A stretch of DNA of 64,000 bases. Source: Moniliella sp. 'wahieum' (Eukaryota). The position numbers and the translations under genes were made by a program. Under the pieces are notes generated by a model. The model was given only the letters and a program-made list of their open reading frames with translations. It was not told the DNA's origin and did not search any database. Position 1 is the stretch's first letter; the number at the start of each line of letters is the position of its first letter. Of this stretch, positions 38,723-52,766 are shown in pieces. The stretch is taken from NCBI GenBank assembly GCA_003971905.1, contig RSEE01000091.1, positions 62,001 through 126,000 of the forward strand. Reading direction: 5' to 3'.

Positions 38723-41264
38723 ATGGCCGACGAGGAGCGTGACCCGCTGCTCCCACCCACGGCGACCGCGACGCCCCCCGCGTCTCTCTGGGCGGGTCAA
38801 GCGCGCCACAGCCGCCACCTTTGCCCCCCTCGCCAACCCAGAGCAGCTGCGCCCGCTTGAAAAGTTCCTTATCCTCGCTCTCGGCCTTTTCCTCTTGTCG
38901 TCCGTTTTCATTGGTCTCTTTGCTGGTGTGTCTAACGTCTTCACCACCCTGCTCCGCCCTCGCCACCGAACCCTTCCCTTCGCCCGGCCCGCCCGCTCCA
39001 GCACCGCCTTCTCCGCCCGAAGACCCGTGGCAGCCGCACCCGCCCCCCCGCCTGTCGAGCGTGTGTGCACCACTCCGGCGTGTGTCTTGGCTGCGAGCGA
39101 CTTGCTCCGGGGCATGAACCAGTCGGTCAACCCATGCGATGACTTTTACCATTTTTCCGCTGGCGGATGGCTTGCCACCCATGCCATCCCGGACGATGCG
39201 GGCTTGTTTGGTGCAGGCCAGTTTGTCGCGGCTCACAATGCCGAGGTGGTACGTAAGATCTTGGAAGACGCCCGGCCTCGGTCCCGTCCAAGCCCACCTG
39301 GACGATCAGGCACTAGTCAAGCTCCGCACGTACTACGACGCGTGCATGGACACGGCCACCCAGGACACCAAGGGCGATGCACCCTCTTGGACGTCGTGGC
39401 CAATGTCACTTCCCGCTTCGCCAAGGGCAACGGTAAGGGTAAGAGGATAAGAAGAAGAAGGATAAGGAACTACGCTCGTCGGTGGACCAGCTTGCTATGG
39501 TTGATGGGGCGGCGGGCAAGCCCGTTGAGCACCCTCCCCTAGGCGATCCGGGTGTTCTTCCCCCTGCTCCCGGTGGCCGCAGTCGCGTCAAGCCCGTCTG
39601 ACCCGGACCTTGGCGTGGCTTCATTCGCGCGGCGTGCTGCGCTGTTTGAGTGGACGGTGGATGGGGACTCGGGTACAAACCCGCAGCTGGGCACTCCGAC
39701 CTTGACTGCCTCGGGCCTCGGCTTGCCCGATCCGAGTTACTACGACGACGAGGAAGACCGCACGTTTACCTCGATGTGATCCGGGAACGTTTGAGGTGTT
39801 GGCGTATGCCGGACCGAAGACGTTGGCCAAATCGGTGGTAGGGTTCGAACAGGACTTGGCTGCCTTGTCGGACAGGCCGGCGAGGTGGACCCCATTGCGC
39901 TCTACACCCCGTCAACTTGTCCACCTTCTCGGCCGCGGTCAAATCCATTGAATGGACCGCGTACTTTAGTGCGCTCACCACAGCGGCCTCCTCGGGTCGT
40001 CATCTCACCGATCCCAAGTGGCCGCACAAACTGACGACTTGTTGTCGCGCACGTCGGACGAGGTGGTGGAGGCGTACCTGGTGTGGTCGACGGTACGTAC
40101 GTTGGCGCTCCAGCTCGGCCCGCATGCCCCGTTGCGGGTCGGTACGATCGTCTGGACCGTCGTCTGAAGGGGGTCGAGCCCGATGCACGGGAAGATCGGG
40201 CAACGACGTGCGTGGCGCAGGTGAATGACGCGCTGGGCTTCTTGGCTGGGCGGTACTTTGTGCAGCAAGCCTTTAGCCCGCAAGGACGCAAGAAGGCCGA
40301 GGACATTATTGCGTCGATTATTGTCGCGTTTAAAAAGCGTCTGCCTTCGCTCGACTGGCTCGACCCGCACACGCGCAAGCTCGCGGAAGAAAAGGCGGAT
40401 GCCGTGCGGATCAAGGTGGGCTACCCGGACAAGTACCCCAACACGGACGATGCACAGCGCTGGTTGGGTTCTATGCCGACCTGCTTGTGTCGCCCGACGA
40501 CTTTTTCGGCAATGCGCTGCGCTCGGCCACGCGCTTGCAGCTGCGCCAGTGGCTGTACAATGACCGTGCGCTCAACCCCAACCGGTGGGACATGTTCCCG
40601 CCGAGGTGAATGCGTACTACAACCCGACCGGCAACGAAATTGTGTTCCCGGCGGGGCTGCTGCAGCCGCCGTACTTTGACGCCAGCTGGCCGGACTACAT
40701 GAACTATGGCGCCTTTGGCCAGACGGCCGGCCACGAGCTGTCGCACGCGTTTGACCCGCAGGGACGCCTGTACGACAAGGACGGCTACCTGCGCGACTGG
40801 TGGACCAACTCGACGGCGGCCGAGTTTAACCGGCGGAAAAGTGCATTCTGGACCAGTACAGCAACTACACGGTGGACGATGGCAAGGGCCATCGGCTGCC
40901 GCTGCATGCGACCGCGTCGATTGGGGAAGACGTGGCCGACGGCGGCGGGCTGGAACAGGCGTTCCGTGCGTGGAATGCGTCGTTTAGTGCCAACACACCA
41001 GCGTCGCGCGCAGCCAACGTGCGTCTGCCTGGCCTCGGAGCGTACACGCGCGAACAGCTCTTCTTCACGTCGTTTGGCCTGGCGTGGGCACGCAACATCC
41101 GTGCTCGGAGCAGGTCAAGCGCCTGCGCACCGACGAACACTCGCCCACCATGTACCGTCATCGGGTCCGTGTCCAACTCGGACGCATTTGCGCGTGCGTT
41201 TGGATGCTCCCCGGGGCACGACAAGATGGCCCGCTCGCCCGAGGAGCGCTGTGCCATCTGGTAG
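38723..41264 (+). CDS. M13 family zinc metallopeptidase (neprilysin/ECE-like), type II membrane protein
   Basis: TM anchor [30 protein letters not shown]...[49 protein letters not shown] (HExxH); C-terminal ERCAIW*. Confidence 0.93.
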
Positions 41265-41789
41265 TCTGCCTGCACGGAGCAATGTATGCCATGTATGCAT
41301 CCATCCGATCGATCGCGCGCTGCACGGAGGCCTGCAGGACTCTGCCAGTACCTAGTACCTAGTACCTAGTAATCGTAGCACAGGTAGCAGAGCAGCAACC
41401 CTAGCATGCATGCGTGGGCAGGGCAGTGCAGGAGACTAACCTAGCCTAAGCCAACCCTAGTGTGGGGGCGCGTGGCGAAAAGCGGCGCCAGGCGCGGGGG
41501 GGGCTGGATGCGCATGGCTGGAGCAGTCACTCGTCCGCGTCACTCGTCACTCGTCGCTCGTCACTCGTCACGCGTCACGCGTCACTAGCTCACTCGTCAC
41601 TGGTCACGCTCGCCGCAGCGGTGGATTGCATAACCCAGCATAACCCAGCAAGCATCGCCCGCACCAGCAGCTCCCGCAACGGCCTGGCCAGCACAGCATC
41701 CCCCCCCCGCCCTGCCCCCGTGCTGCTCGCCGTGCTGCTCGCCGTGCTGCCCACCGCCAGCCCGCCCTGGCCCCCTGGCTCCTTGGCCC

Positions 41790-44700
41790 ATGCCCACCGC
41801 CCTGGCCAGCGCCCCCCGCCATGCCCAGCCCCCCCGCTGCCCCCCCCGCGCGGCCGTGCGCGAAACCCACACCCTCGCCCTCCACACCCATCCCTCCGGC
41901 CGCCGCATGGTCAACCAGTACCTCGTCCTTTCCGAGCTCGGCCGCGGCGTGCATGGCCGCGTGCGCAAAGCCACCGATACCTCCACCAACCAGCCCGTGG
42001 CCATCAAGATTGACCGCGCCACGCGTCCGCGCTTGCGCTCCGCCCTGGCCCCCACCCCTCGCACCCCGCGCCCCTCCCGCACCCATCATGCCGCCGCCGC
42101 GACCGACGATAAGGTCCTGCGCGAGATTGCCATCCTCAAGCAATGCGACAGCGACCACATTGTCCGTCTTCTCGAAGTCATTGATGACCCCCTCAGCAAA
42201 AAGCTGTTCCTTGGTACGTACGCCTCTTCCTCCTCCTCCTCCTCCCTGCTGCTCTTTCTTTTCGTTCCTGCTCCCCCTATCCTCTGCGCTACGCGTCGGT
42301 CTGCCGGTTAGGCTTCGCTGGCTGACCTTTCCTGCTGCTTCTGCCTCAAAGTGCTCGAATACATGTCCGGTGGAGAAGTGCAGTGGAGAGACACGCTCGC
42401 CCGCCCGCTGCTATCCGTCGACACGGTCCGCCACATCACCCGCGACGTAGTGTGCGGCCTACAGTACCTCCACTACAATGGCATTATCCACCGCGACATT
42501 AAGCCCGCCAATCTGCTTTGGAACCAAACCCATACCCACGTCAAGATCTCCGACTTTGGCGTTAGCCACTTTAGCCTTCCGCTCTTTCGTCGTGGGCGCG
42601 GCCAGGCGCTCGAGTACCTCGAGGGCGAAGAGGCTCCTCTCGATGCCCAATCTCGCCCCCTCTCCCCGACTGGCCACGCTGAGGCAGAGACCGACGCTGA
42701 GCTCGAAGCGCGCGACCAAACCGAGTTGGCTCACACTACGGGCAGCCCTGCGTTTTTTGCTCCAGAACTGTGCTTGTCGGGCGAACGTCCACTGACGACG
42801 GCCCAATGCCAACAACTGGGCACGCCTCCGCCCGAGGGACAGCCTCCGCCCCCCGTCCCGCCCACCCATGGCGGGAGGGTGATCACCCAGTCAATAGATA
42901 TCTGGGCCTTTGGCGTAACGCTCTACTGTCTCTTGTTTGGCTCGTTGCCATTCAATGCGCCCAGTGAGTTTGCCCTGTTTTCAGTAATCCCTTGGTCGGA
43001 CTATGCTTTGCCGTGCACCATGGGCTCGGATCAGGTCCTGGTCGGACCGCGTGCGCCTCGGTGGGACACGGGTCGGTTGCAGGCCACGGTGCATGACCAA
43101 GAAATGAGTTCCTCCATCAGCCGTTTCTTCCAAGCTGACGGCGCTCGGTCTATGATTCTTCCCTCGGCTTCGTCTACGCTTCCCTTAGACCAGCACCTGG
43201 CCGAGCCCGATGTAGCACCGGACCAACTGGACCCGGACGCGACGGCGCTCCGTGCACTGTTGGATGGGACTCTGCAGAAAGATCCGGGGACTCGCTCCGC
43301 TCTTGAGACGGTCAAGGCCAGTCCTTGGACCACCAAGGGCTTGTCCAACCCACAAGCGTGGCTCGATGCTACCGACCCAGAACTGGGACCGTATGTGCCT
43401 GTGTACTATACTGATGTGCCTGATGCCACAGTGGCCAATCAGATCAAGAAACCTCGCTCGGGCGGGCTGATGGGCTTTAGCTTTGCCAACAAGCATCCGA
43501 CCGCTTCCCCTCATCCTTCTTCCGATCATGCCCACTCCCCTGTCCCCCTAGGACTGGGAGCACGACGACGATCCGAGTCACATGCGGCGGGGGGCAACCT
43601 AGCTCACCGCGTGCGCACCCAAATGAATCGCGTCCGGGCTCGGATTCATCGTCGCGAATCCATCTCGACCCCTTCCGATCATCCTTCTTCCACCTCCCGC
43701 CCTGCTCCGTCTTCTCCCCCCACCACCGATCATCTTACCCAAACGATCGGTGATGCCAGTGGCATGCGCTCCCAACCCGGGAGAGACGATTGGTTTGCTT
43801 CGCTCCCGCTTGCTCCTGCTGCTTCTGCCGATACAAGGACCGATGCGCGTCCCACCATTGCACAAATCTTTTCCCATCCACGACCCATGTCAGCACTCAG
43901 TGCTCCCCTCGCCAGTGACCATGGGGACAAGAGGATGCGGTGGCACGACTCGGAACCTTTCTCCGATACCAGCCCGGCCGGATCGGGAAGAAATCGTCCC
44001 CCAGCGCCTCTTCGGCCGGCATCGGCCATGGCGTTAACCGTCACCCTTCCGTCCCTATCCCTATTCCTGACCCTGATCCTGGCCTTGCTCGTGACGGTAA
44101 CCCTTCCCCCGCCATCCGTCCAGGTACCCAGCGACGAGCAACGGTCCAACCACATTTCCCTTCCCCTGCTGTGCCCGACTTGCTGGCCGACCCGCCTTCT
44201 ACCCACCTTGTCACGCCCAGTACCGCCCAGCGCAGCCGATACGCTCGCAACTACTGTCCTTACCACACCTTCCAACAGCGGAGCAACAGCACCGGCTTTG
44301 CCTCCGAGTACCAAACCGCGTAACTTGCCTTCGTTCCTTCCTGGTCGGTTCAGGCTAAGACGCCAAAAGAGTTCTACCTCTCTCTTCGTTCGCGTATGTC
44401 TACCGGCCATGGAGGCAGTGCTATTGATATCCCCCCCGTTCCGCCTTCGAGCTATGGCCGATCAAGCAGTGCAACGTCCACTTCGCACGGAGATGGTCGC
44501 CCTCCCTCGTTCCATCGCTCGTCCCGAAGAAGCGTAGCGACCGGCCATGGATCCCACCCGAGTGCAGGCAGTATTGGAAGTTCCTCGGTCGGGTTGCCTT
44601 CGATCCATGATATGCCCCGCTACCCCCATCCAGGACAGTGTGGACGAAACGGGCGTCCTGGATGGTTTGGATGGTTCGGCGGGGGTAGGAGTGAGTCTTC

Positions 44701-45202
44701 CCCCGCGCCCTCGTTGGCTGCTGCAGCCCAGTTCCTCTCCCGATCCTATACACCCACCCTCTCACGTACTGTCAGTGGGACTACGCCGCAAGCGGAGGGA
44801 GAGATGGATAGGGCTGGATCACCTACTACATCAGTACGATCTCGTTTGCAACGGTTTGCTTTCCATCGACGACCACGTTCTCGCGCCAATACTACCACCT
44901 CCCTTCGCACCCCCTCTCGACCTACCTCCTCCTTATCCCACAACCCCACTGTACCCGACACGCTGGGCCACGGTCACGTCCCTCCACCCATCGAGCTGGC
45001 TCAGTCAGCACCTAGTTCCAATACTGTCCCCACGACCAGTAGCCACCACAGTGCGCACATGATCCCCACCTCTAGTGGCGCGTCCTATCGCTGCCCCACC
45101 TCGAGCGGCACTTCGCACCGCGGCACAGGACTGCGCGCCTCGGTTTCGGGCCAACGGTCGTTCTTGTCTTCCCCTCTGGGTGGAGAACACGAGACTGAGG
45201 GT

Positions 45203-45234
<32 letters not shown>

Positions 45235-46462
45235 GGGAGAGGGAGAGGACGAGGGCGATGAGGAGGACGAGGAGGATGAGATGGATTTGTCGGATGACGA
45301 GTTGGATGCTGACTTGCATGCAGCGGCGCATACTGGGTTTTGGCATAACGATGGTAGTGGATGGAAATTTGTTGGTCCTGAGGGAGGAACGAGTACAAGT
45401 ACTGGACTACCTCCCCCGCGTTGGCTGCCAACCAAGCTAATCCACTGGCCCATCTCGCCCCATTCGACCCGGGGTTGGAAGCAGGTGTTGACGGCACAGC
45501 TTTGGCACACGAAGAAATGGGCCACCTTGGCCAACAGCAAGACGTACTCCCGTCCAACTCTAGCCCACCCAACTCGGCCCCCTCGGTCGAGGGAGGGTAC
45601 AACGTGTACAAGCATGTGGACTGGACCCAAGCACAAGTGCGCTCCTGCACCCCTCCAAGCGCAGCTGGACTTACCCCCACCACTTTACCGGGGGCAGTAG
45701 GGCGACCAGGACTTTGCCCGCCCATGTTTCCCCCCCAATCGTACGTGTCTCCTTCGCGCCCGCGTAGGCCAGACAGCCAACTCAGCGTCCCTTCCGACCG
45801 GCGGCACAGTGCTGCGGCGCTCGAGGCACACCATGTCCCCTTGCCCGAACCGGAGGACGAATCGTTCGGCACGACCTCTTGGGGGCTCGACCGGCCGTCC
45901 CTGGAAGACGGCCGATTCGAAGATGCTGACGAGGAAACGGGTTCTCCTTGGCCGACCCTGTGTCACGACGCTCCGTTACCTCCTACTCCCACTTTGTCTC
46001 TCGCTCCTACACCTGTTTTTTCACCTAGTTTCCCCCCCGCTCCCGGTCCCGCACCTGCACCTGCTCTCGCTTCCGCCGCAGGCACGGCTGGCAACTCTCC
46101 CCCTCCCCCCCCATTTGTCCCTCGCTCCATCTGCATACCCTGTCTACCCTTACCCCGTAACCGACCCGGAGGAGGAACCTAGCCTCTCCCCAGCGTATGT
46201 TACCGCGTTCGTCCAGGCACGCAAAGACTCTTTATCTTACCACCTCTCCACGTCCTCGCCTACGCCTGCGTCTGCGTCAGAGGATGACAATGACAATGAC
46301 ACGACGGTCCACCTCAGTGGCATTGGCATCGATTCGCTCATGGCTCGCGTACTCCAGCACCCGGAAATGCTCACTACCGACTCGAATGCTTCTTTGGTCT
46401 ACGATCGGTTTGGCTCGGATGACCGCGACCTTCCTCCGCGCGCTTCGACGCCCCGCGTTTAG
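41790..46462 (+). CDS. Ser/Thr protein kinase, CAMKK/ELM (Sak1/Ssp1-like), with a long low-complexity tail
   Basis: MVNQYLVLSELGRGVHGRV..VAIKI; VLREIAILKQC; intron ~42214-42351; LEYMSGGEV; HRDIKPANLL; KISDFGVSH; GSPAFFAPEL; DIWAFGVTLYCLLFG. The tail is frameshifted and the 3' end approximate. Confidence 0.88.
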
Positions 46463-46489
46463 TGTTCTTACTTTGTTCCCCCTTGTTCC

Positions 46490-46560
46490 CCCTTGTTCCC
46501 CCTTGTTCTCCCTTGTTCTCCCTTGTTCTCCCTTGTTTTCCCTTGTTCTCCCTCGTTCTT
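46490..46560. repeat. 10-bp tandem repeat (CCTTGTTCYC)n
   Basis: Directly visible between convergent gene ends. Confidence 0.85.
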
Positions 46561-46765
46561 CGTCAGGGCGGCGCCCACATGTTGCTGGCCGCGTGTGAAC
46601 CGGTTCCTTTTTTTCCTATATCCTGCCCGCGCTTACTTCGTTGTGCCTTTGACATGAGACATGGATGACCTTTGCTGCATTACTAGTTGCTATTCTTCCT
46701 GTAGAGTCCTCCCTCCCCTCGGGCCCACATTCCAACCAGCCCCCGAAACAACGAAAAAGGTAAAG

Positions 46766-48076
46766 CTACAACGTCGGCGTCCACTTGCACCCGGCCTCGC
46801 GGGCCAGTTGGGCCTCGAGGGTAACAGCCTCCTTGAGTGCGGTGCCGAGGTAGACCTTTTTCTCCTCTGTCACAGGTTGGAGAGGCTGACGCGGTGCGCC
46901 CAAGTCGACCCCCCACGTGGCTGGTCGCCCATTTGGTTCCTGGGATACCTGTTTTGGCACAGGCCCAATCGGCCTCGGCGACGAGCGCTTGCAGCTTCTG
47001 GGCTTCGGCAAGCGCATTGCGGTCCCCGCCGCAGCTTGGGCGGATAACGTACACAGTTTGGCAAGTGTGTAGGGTAAGACGTTACCCGTGCCAGCGATCA
47101 CTCCGTCCATCCCTACCACGTAGCCGGGGAGAACAATGTCGGCAAAGCCGGGCCAGACGTGGAATGGCGTACCGCGTTTCTGAAGCGCCGTTACAACTCG
47201 TTGTCCTTTGCCCACTTGGCCACAGGTAAGCTGCGTAATACGTAAATGCGTAAATGCGGAATGCGTAACGGCACAGCGCACCAAAACAAACGGACGTGGA
47301 TCAGATCAGATCAGTCAGTCAGTCAATCAGTAGGTAATCCCAGGTCTTCGCTTCACCCTTCGCGCCTAGTCGGCCACTAGCCCACCGCACCGGGGCACCC
47401 AGTCGGCACCTGATTTCCAGGTCTCCAGCCCCCCGTACCTAAAAAGGGAGGCAGGTAAACGGCAGTAGGGACAAACGTTTCCTAGGAACAAGAACAAGCA
47501 CGTACCTTGGCGCCGAGAATGTTAGGATGATGCAATCTCAATCAACACGTCGCTGTTCAAGTCGATTCCTGCTGATGCACCAGGAAAGTTGTAGACGAGC
47601 ACGGGCAATGGAGAATAATCTGCCACAGCCTTGTGGTACGCCACCAACGCCTGTGGATCCTGCACCATCGCACTGGCAAAATGCGGTGGCGTCAAGACCA
47701 GTACCGCATCGGCCCCATCTGTCGCTGCATCGTGGCACAACAAACTGGTTTCCTGTAACGACCCACCACCTGTGCCCACCACAATCGGGACTGAGCTGCC
47801 TACGCTCGCTCGCACCGTTTGCGTAATCAACGACCGCTCCGCTCGACTTAGGTGCGCAGCTTCCCCGTTCGTGCCCTGCAGCACAAGCCCGCACCCGGCT
47901 TGCGCAATCCGCGTGACCAGCTGCTTGAGCGCAGCAACGTCCACTTGCGCCTCGGCGTCAAAGGGCGTCAGGATGGGCACGTAGGCGCCCCCCGGGATGG
48001 GGTGCTTGGGGTGGTGCTTAGCGTGCTTAGCGTGCTTGGCGTGCTGGGGGTGCGTGGGTTCCTGCGAGGTTGACAT
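46766..48076 (-). CDS. DHDPS/NAL-family class I aldolase (like fungal L-threo-3-deoxy-hexylosonate aldolase)
   Basis: GAYVPILTPF, GLVLQGTNGEAAHLS, GADAVLVLTP, LVYNFPG; Schiff-base Lys in ILGAK, intron ~47232-47505, then LTCG; DGVIAGTGNVLP. Confidence 0.88.
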
Positions 48077-48780
48077 AGCGTGTGATGCTGATGGCAGACG
48101 GATAGACGATTGGCCCAGCCACTCTCCCCGCTGCTTCCTTTTATCGGATCGGCTGCCTAGACGTGCTTGTGCTTCCTCCGATGCCCGTGCGCAGAGCAGC
48201 TATGGCGGAAGCGTGAGGCGTGAGGGCGGATCGGAACCGATGATCGATGCCCGGAGTGGGCCCAGCCCCAGTCGGCATCCTTAATCAGTTAATCAGCCCA
48301 AGCGTTATTAATTGCCCCACCTGTCCCAGAGTGGAAATGAAATGTTGCATCTGCCTTCCACGTGTGCCGCTTCAAATTGATTGACATCCAAGCTTTATCA
48401 GCCGCTGTCACATGTCCATCTCACCGCCAGCCACCCAAGCGCCAACCCACACAGTCTGGCGCCAACCGGCCGTTGGTTGCCACAGAGCGATGCAGATGCC
48501 CCACCGCCTCCCCCTCTGCTCATGGTGTACCAGCCCACACCACACGTAACCAGGCTGGCCGTCTCTGTGCGCACCATCTACTGTTGGATAGCTGCCACCT
48601 TCTCCATCTCTATCTCCAGTCTTTTGCCCGAGGTGTGCAGATAAGAACAGGGAGGCATCGTACATCTGGGCCAGACAATTCGGTAGCAAGCATAGACACA
48701 CACACACCGTTCCCCTTCCCCCCTTCCCCTCCCTCCACGCGTCGATACCGGTACCGCTAACGAACCTGGAGAACGACGTC

Positions 48781-49646
<866 letters not shown>

Positions 49647-50372
49647 GGGTCGTGCGGGGGCGGCAGCGGTAGGAAAGAGAGGGATGGGTGGGTGGATGGA
49701 TGGGAGAGGCCGCCGTGCCACGTCCAGTCAGCGGCGATGCTCTTTCGGGCGGAGCGGCTGAGGTTGAATGTTCAATGTTGAAATTGAAGTTTAAGGACTA
49801 GGGGCAGGCAGGGGCAAACCCTAGCATTGGCAAACCCTAGTAGGTTGTGTTGCTCTTAAACGACACGCCACGGTGGAACGTGGAAAACGTAACGGCCGCT
49901 GGGCTTGGCAACAGGGGATGCTATTGGTGGGTCCTTTCGTGCTTGGGGCTGCCCGTCGTAATCGTGGAGGGCAGGACGAGCGGTGTGTTGCGACGGGATG
50001 GATGGATGGATGGATTGCTGCCCAACATGCGCCGACATGCGCTGACATCCAATAACCTCTCTGGTTTCGTTGCCATGGCGGAGCCCGTGAGGGCAATGTT
50101 CAACAACAGTGCCCCCGTGCGGCCAGGGTGGCTTGCGCGCTGCGCCCACGAGCCCCCCACCCTCACACTGCCCCTGTGCCTCGTCCCCATCAACACCAGC
50201 GTGTCTACAACGCCCATTCGAAGACCACTTAGTTGGTTGCTCACGTGGCCATCATTAATCACCCCATACTCTCCCCCGTCGTCCCCCGTCTTTCCCCGTC
50301 TTCCCCCACCTTTTCGTCCGCCCACCACCACCACCACCACCACCACCCGCAGCCTCCGCCCGCTGCTGCGCC

Positions 50373-52766
50373 ATGTACGCTTCCAGCGACACCCGCCGCC
50401 GCACCAACAAGAAAGACGAGGCACGCTTCCCTCTTTGGGCCTACCGGCCCCCTCGGCTCCACACTGACTGCTGATTGCTGACTGCTGATTGCTGATTGCT
50501 GCGCACAGGCCATCCGCAGAAAGGTCCAGCTCGAGCTCCGCCGCAAAGGCGGTGGCCGTCCCGCCCCGATAGAGACCTCCTCCAAACGTGCTCCACCACC
50601 ACGTGCTCCGCCCGGCACTGTGGCCGCCTTGCGCCCGGGCGCGGCCTTGACGGTGCCACAGCACATTAGCATCGCGGATGCCAGCCAACTGTGCGCGGCC
50701 AAACGCACCGATTGCGTCCTGGTCGTTGACGATGAACAAGGCCTGGCTGGAATCTTCACAGCCAAAGATCTGGCGTTCCGTGTACGTCTGTCGTCTCGCA
50801 TCCCCCCCCCCCCCCGTTTCCCCTGTCTCGAGGGGTGTATACCTCCCCCCGCCCCCTTTTGCGCTCACAGGGCCAGCTGACACATTTCTGGCCGTTTGCA
50901 GGTCGTGGCTGAATCCATCGATCCACGCACCACACCCGTCAGTGAAATCATGACGCTCTCCCCGATGGTTACACGGGACAGCATGCTAGCGACCGATGCG
51001 CTCAACACCATGGTCTCCCGTGGCTTCCGCCACTTGCCCGTATGCAACGACGAAGGGGACATTGTTGGTCTCCTGGACATTGCCAAAGTATTTTACGACG
51101 CGCTCAAAAAGCTTGAACGAGCGTATGCAAGCAGCCAACAACTGTACACTGCGCTCGAGGGCGTGCAGAATGAATGGGGCACTGGCACCGTTGGCAACCA
51201 AGACACGATGCGCGATTACATTGATACGCTCCGGAACAAGATGACCTTGCCCGACTTGTCCACTTGTCTCGACGAAGGTACTGTCCCCTGCACAGTTTCA
51301 GTCCGCACCTCTGTCCTTGAAGCGGCACGGATGATGGCCGAGTACCAGACTACTGCGGTGCTTGTGATTGAGGGCAGCGTGCCTTCGGGGGATGTATCGG
51401 GCTTTGGGGCTGGAGGCGCCGCAGGACCCCGGTTGGCAGGCATATTTACTTCGAAAGATGTGGTGTTGCGTGTGATCGCGGCTGGCTTGGATCCTCGGAC
51501 GTGCAGTGTGGTCCGCGTCATGACTCCGCACCCTGACACAGCTCCACCCTCCATGACGATCCAAACGGCGCTGCGCAAGATGCACGATGGTCATTACCTC
51601 AACCTCCCTGTGGTGGACCAAGAGGTTGGCGTGGTCGGGGTGGTCGATGTGCTCCGTCTCACGTGGAAGACACTCGAGATCATCACGGCTATGCAAGAAA
51701 CCCCGGAGGAAGCCGGCGTGGAAGCAAGCGAAGGAGGCCCGATGTGGAACCACTTTTGGAACAGCTTGGGCTCAGGATCGTACTATGGCTCGAACGCTGA
51801 TGATGGAGTGGGCGAGGGAGGCAGTTTCCTCTCCTCGGGCGTCCCACTCGATCCATCCTACGAGGGAGTACGATCCGCCCTTCTCTCCCGACGGAAACCT
51901 TTCCTCCGACGTCTTCCCCAATGACAGTGCATCCGCTGTAGCTGCAGCCCAAGAACTTGCCGAGGTCGAGGCCCCTGCAGGCTCGATGACACACGACAGC
52001 AATTCCAAGGTCGGGGGTGTATCGGATGCACTGCTTGGTTCCGAGGGAGTGTTGGATGGAGGAGGACCAGAGTTTTGCCTGTTCAAGTTCACCACCCCCT
52101 CCAAGCACGTTCACCGCTTCCAAGCTCCCTTTGACCAACTGGACGTCGTGCAGGACATGGTGGCGTCCAAGTTGGCACGAGACGAATTCTTTGCCGAGGA
52201 ACATTTAGGCCGATGGGTACCCAACCCAAAAGACTTTAAGTTGGGGTATGAGGACGACGACGGGGACAAGGTAACCATCACTACGGATGATGATATGATT
52301 GAAGCTGTTCGCCTTGCTCGCCAACTGGGAAGAGACCGCGTTACCCTGCTCATCTTTGGTGGCGCCTCTTGGTCAGCACCAGCGGCAGCTCCAGCGATCT
52401 CTCCCACCCCGCAGTCTCAGGAACTGGACGATCAAGAGGAAAAGCTACTCCTCACAAGGTTGTCTCGAGCGTGCGGACCAACCCTCCTCCCGCATCGGCT
52501 GGCGTACGCCATGAATCCAACGAGGCTCGCTCTCCAGTGATGGATCCCTCGTCCCGCTCGACCGCTTCCACCGCCTCGACTTGCTCGTCAGATGAACTAT
52601 CAGACCTCGGATCGAGACGCAAAGCCAAGAACAACCCAAGTCTCGAGCGGGAGGAGCGCTGACCAAAGATCTCGCTCTCCCAGCAGCGATTGGGTTCCTT
52701 GGTGTGGTAGTGCTGGTCGCGGTTGTGATTGCTCGTCCGTCGCACCACAACGACCGGTACCGTTAA
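50373..52766 (+). CDS. CBS-domain plus PB1-domain protein with C-terminal TM anchor
   Basis: MYASSDTRRRTNKKDE|AIRRKVQLELRRK; CAAKRTDCVLVVDDEQGLAGIFTAKDLAFR; RGFRHLPVC; GIFTSKDVVLRV; HDGHYLNLPVVD; PB1 FKFTTPSKHVHRF...YEDDDGDKVTITTDDD; TM AIGFLGVVVLVAVVIA. Confidence 0.9.
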
